DNA of 64,000 bases from an uncultured Rhizobiaceae bacterium (GTDB taxonomy: Bacteria > Pseudomonadota > Alphaproteobacteria > Rhizobiales > Rhizobiaceae), in the NCBI GenBank assembly GCA_964244725.1, contig CAXTJQ010000010.1, forward strand, positions 42,695 through 106,694, written 5' to 3'. This document shows positions 59,173-64,000 of the stretch, in pieces. The notes below the pieces were generated by a model. That model did not search any database, was not told where the DNA came from, and was given only the letters and a program-made list of their open reading frames with translations. The position numbers were made by a program, and so were the translations under genes. Numbering within the stretch: the first letter of the stretch is position 1; each line of letters begins with the position of its first letter.

Positions 59173-59869
59173 GGCCGCGCGAGCTCCATCATCTGCGACG
59201 TGTAGAACCCGTGCGAGATGCGCTCGGTCTGCCCCGTCCGCCATATCGTGGCCGGAAGATCCGCCTCGAGCGCCGCGCGGATGGCGTCCGCGCGGACGGG
59301 AACGATCGACGGCGCGCGGTCGGCGCGCGGGAACAGACGCCCCATCGTATGCATGGCGGCAAGCGCCGGGGTGCGCGGCGCGAAGGTGAAGACGATGCGC
59401 CGGCGCGTGCGCTGAGCGAGGCCGCCGAGCGCGGCGACGCTGTCGGTCATCTGGTAATGGATCAGCGAATCCATCGCCATCACGGCGTCGAACTCGCCAT
59501 GGCCGCGCGCCAGCATGTCGCCGGAGGCGAAATTGATCCGGCCACCGCCGAGATCGGCCGGCGCGGTCTCCCGCGCGAAGCGGATGATTTCGGGCGCCAG
59601 GTCGATGCCGAGCACGTCGGCGCCGCGTCGGGCGAGCTCGACCGACATCGCGCCCGTGCCGCAGCCCGCATCGAGCACGCGCCAGCCGGACAGGTCGTCC
59701 GGCATGCAGGACAGCATCAGCGCCCGCATGCGGGCGCGGCCCTCGCGCACAGTGGCGCGGATGCGGCCGAGCGGCGCCTGCGTAGCAAAGCGCTTCCAGG
59801 CTTCGACCGCGGTGCGGTCGAAATAGGTCTGGATCTCGCCGCGGCGCTGGGTATAGGCGGTGTCGGACA

Positions 59870-59870
<1 letters not shown>
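59169..59870 (-). CDS. bchM: Mg-protoporphyrin IX methyltransferase
   Basis: YFDRTAVEAW, GRARMR, RVLDAGCGTG, AMDSLIHY and GFYTSQ. Confidence 0.96.

Positions 59871-64000
<4,130 letters not shown>

Overview
High-GC alphaproteobacterial DNA; a Hyphomicrobiales/Rhizobiales-like origin is inferred, not proven. About 23.0-64.0 kb is a type-II anoxygenic photosynthesis gene cluster that runs off the right edge. Its order is bciB, a membrane alpha/beta hydrolase, tspO, hemC-dxs-hemE, a pseudoazurin, bchIDO-crtIB, crtCD, crtEF-bchCXYZ-pufQBALM, a DUF900-like hydrolase, idi-hemA-puhE-acsF-bciE-puhCBA-lhaA-bchML and a partial bchH. No pufC or pufX follows pufM. Tandem PpsR/CrtJ boxes (TGT-N12-ACA) can be read directly at crtD/crtE and bchC, with partly degenerate pairs at dxs and crtI. 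Immediately left of the cluster is a bphO-bacteriophytochrome-FixJ-like regulator-small RHH-like protein unit. The left 19 kb holds a sugar(-acid) catabolic operon, pdxA-pdxJ, an alpha/beta-galactoside uptake and hydrolysis cluster, and an OYE/HxlR/ChrA module. The most unusual observations are: (1) a 132-bp palindromic repeat element inserted in frame in the 5' part of bchY; (2) a pseudoazurin inside a photosynthesis cluster lacking pufC; (3) a phytochrome carrying a FixL-type kinase, paired with a FixJ-type regulator; (4) an in-frame metallo-beta-lactamase-fold hydrolase/RpiR regulator fusion. No rRNA, tRNA, CRISPR array or transposase was recognised. All product calls come from motif recognition by eye; no database searches were run.
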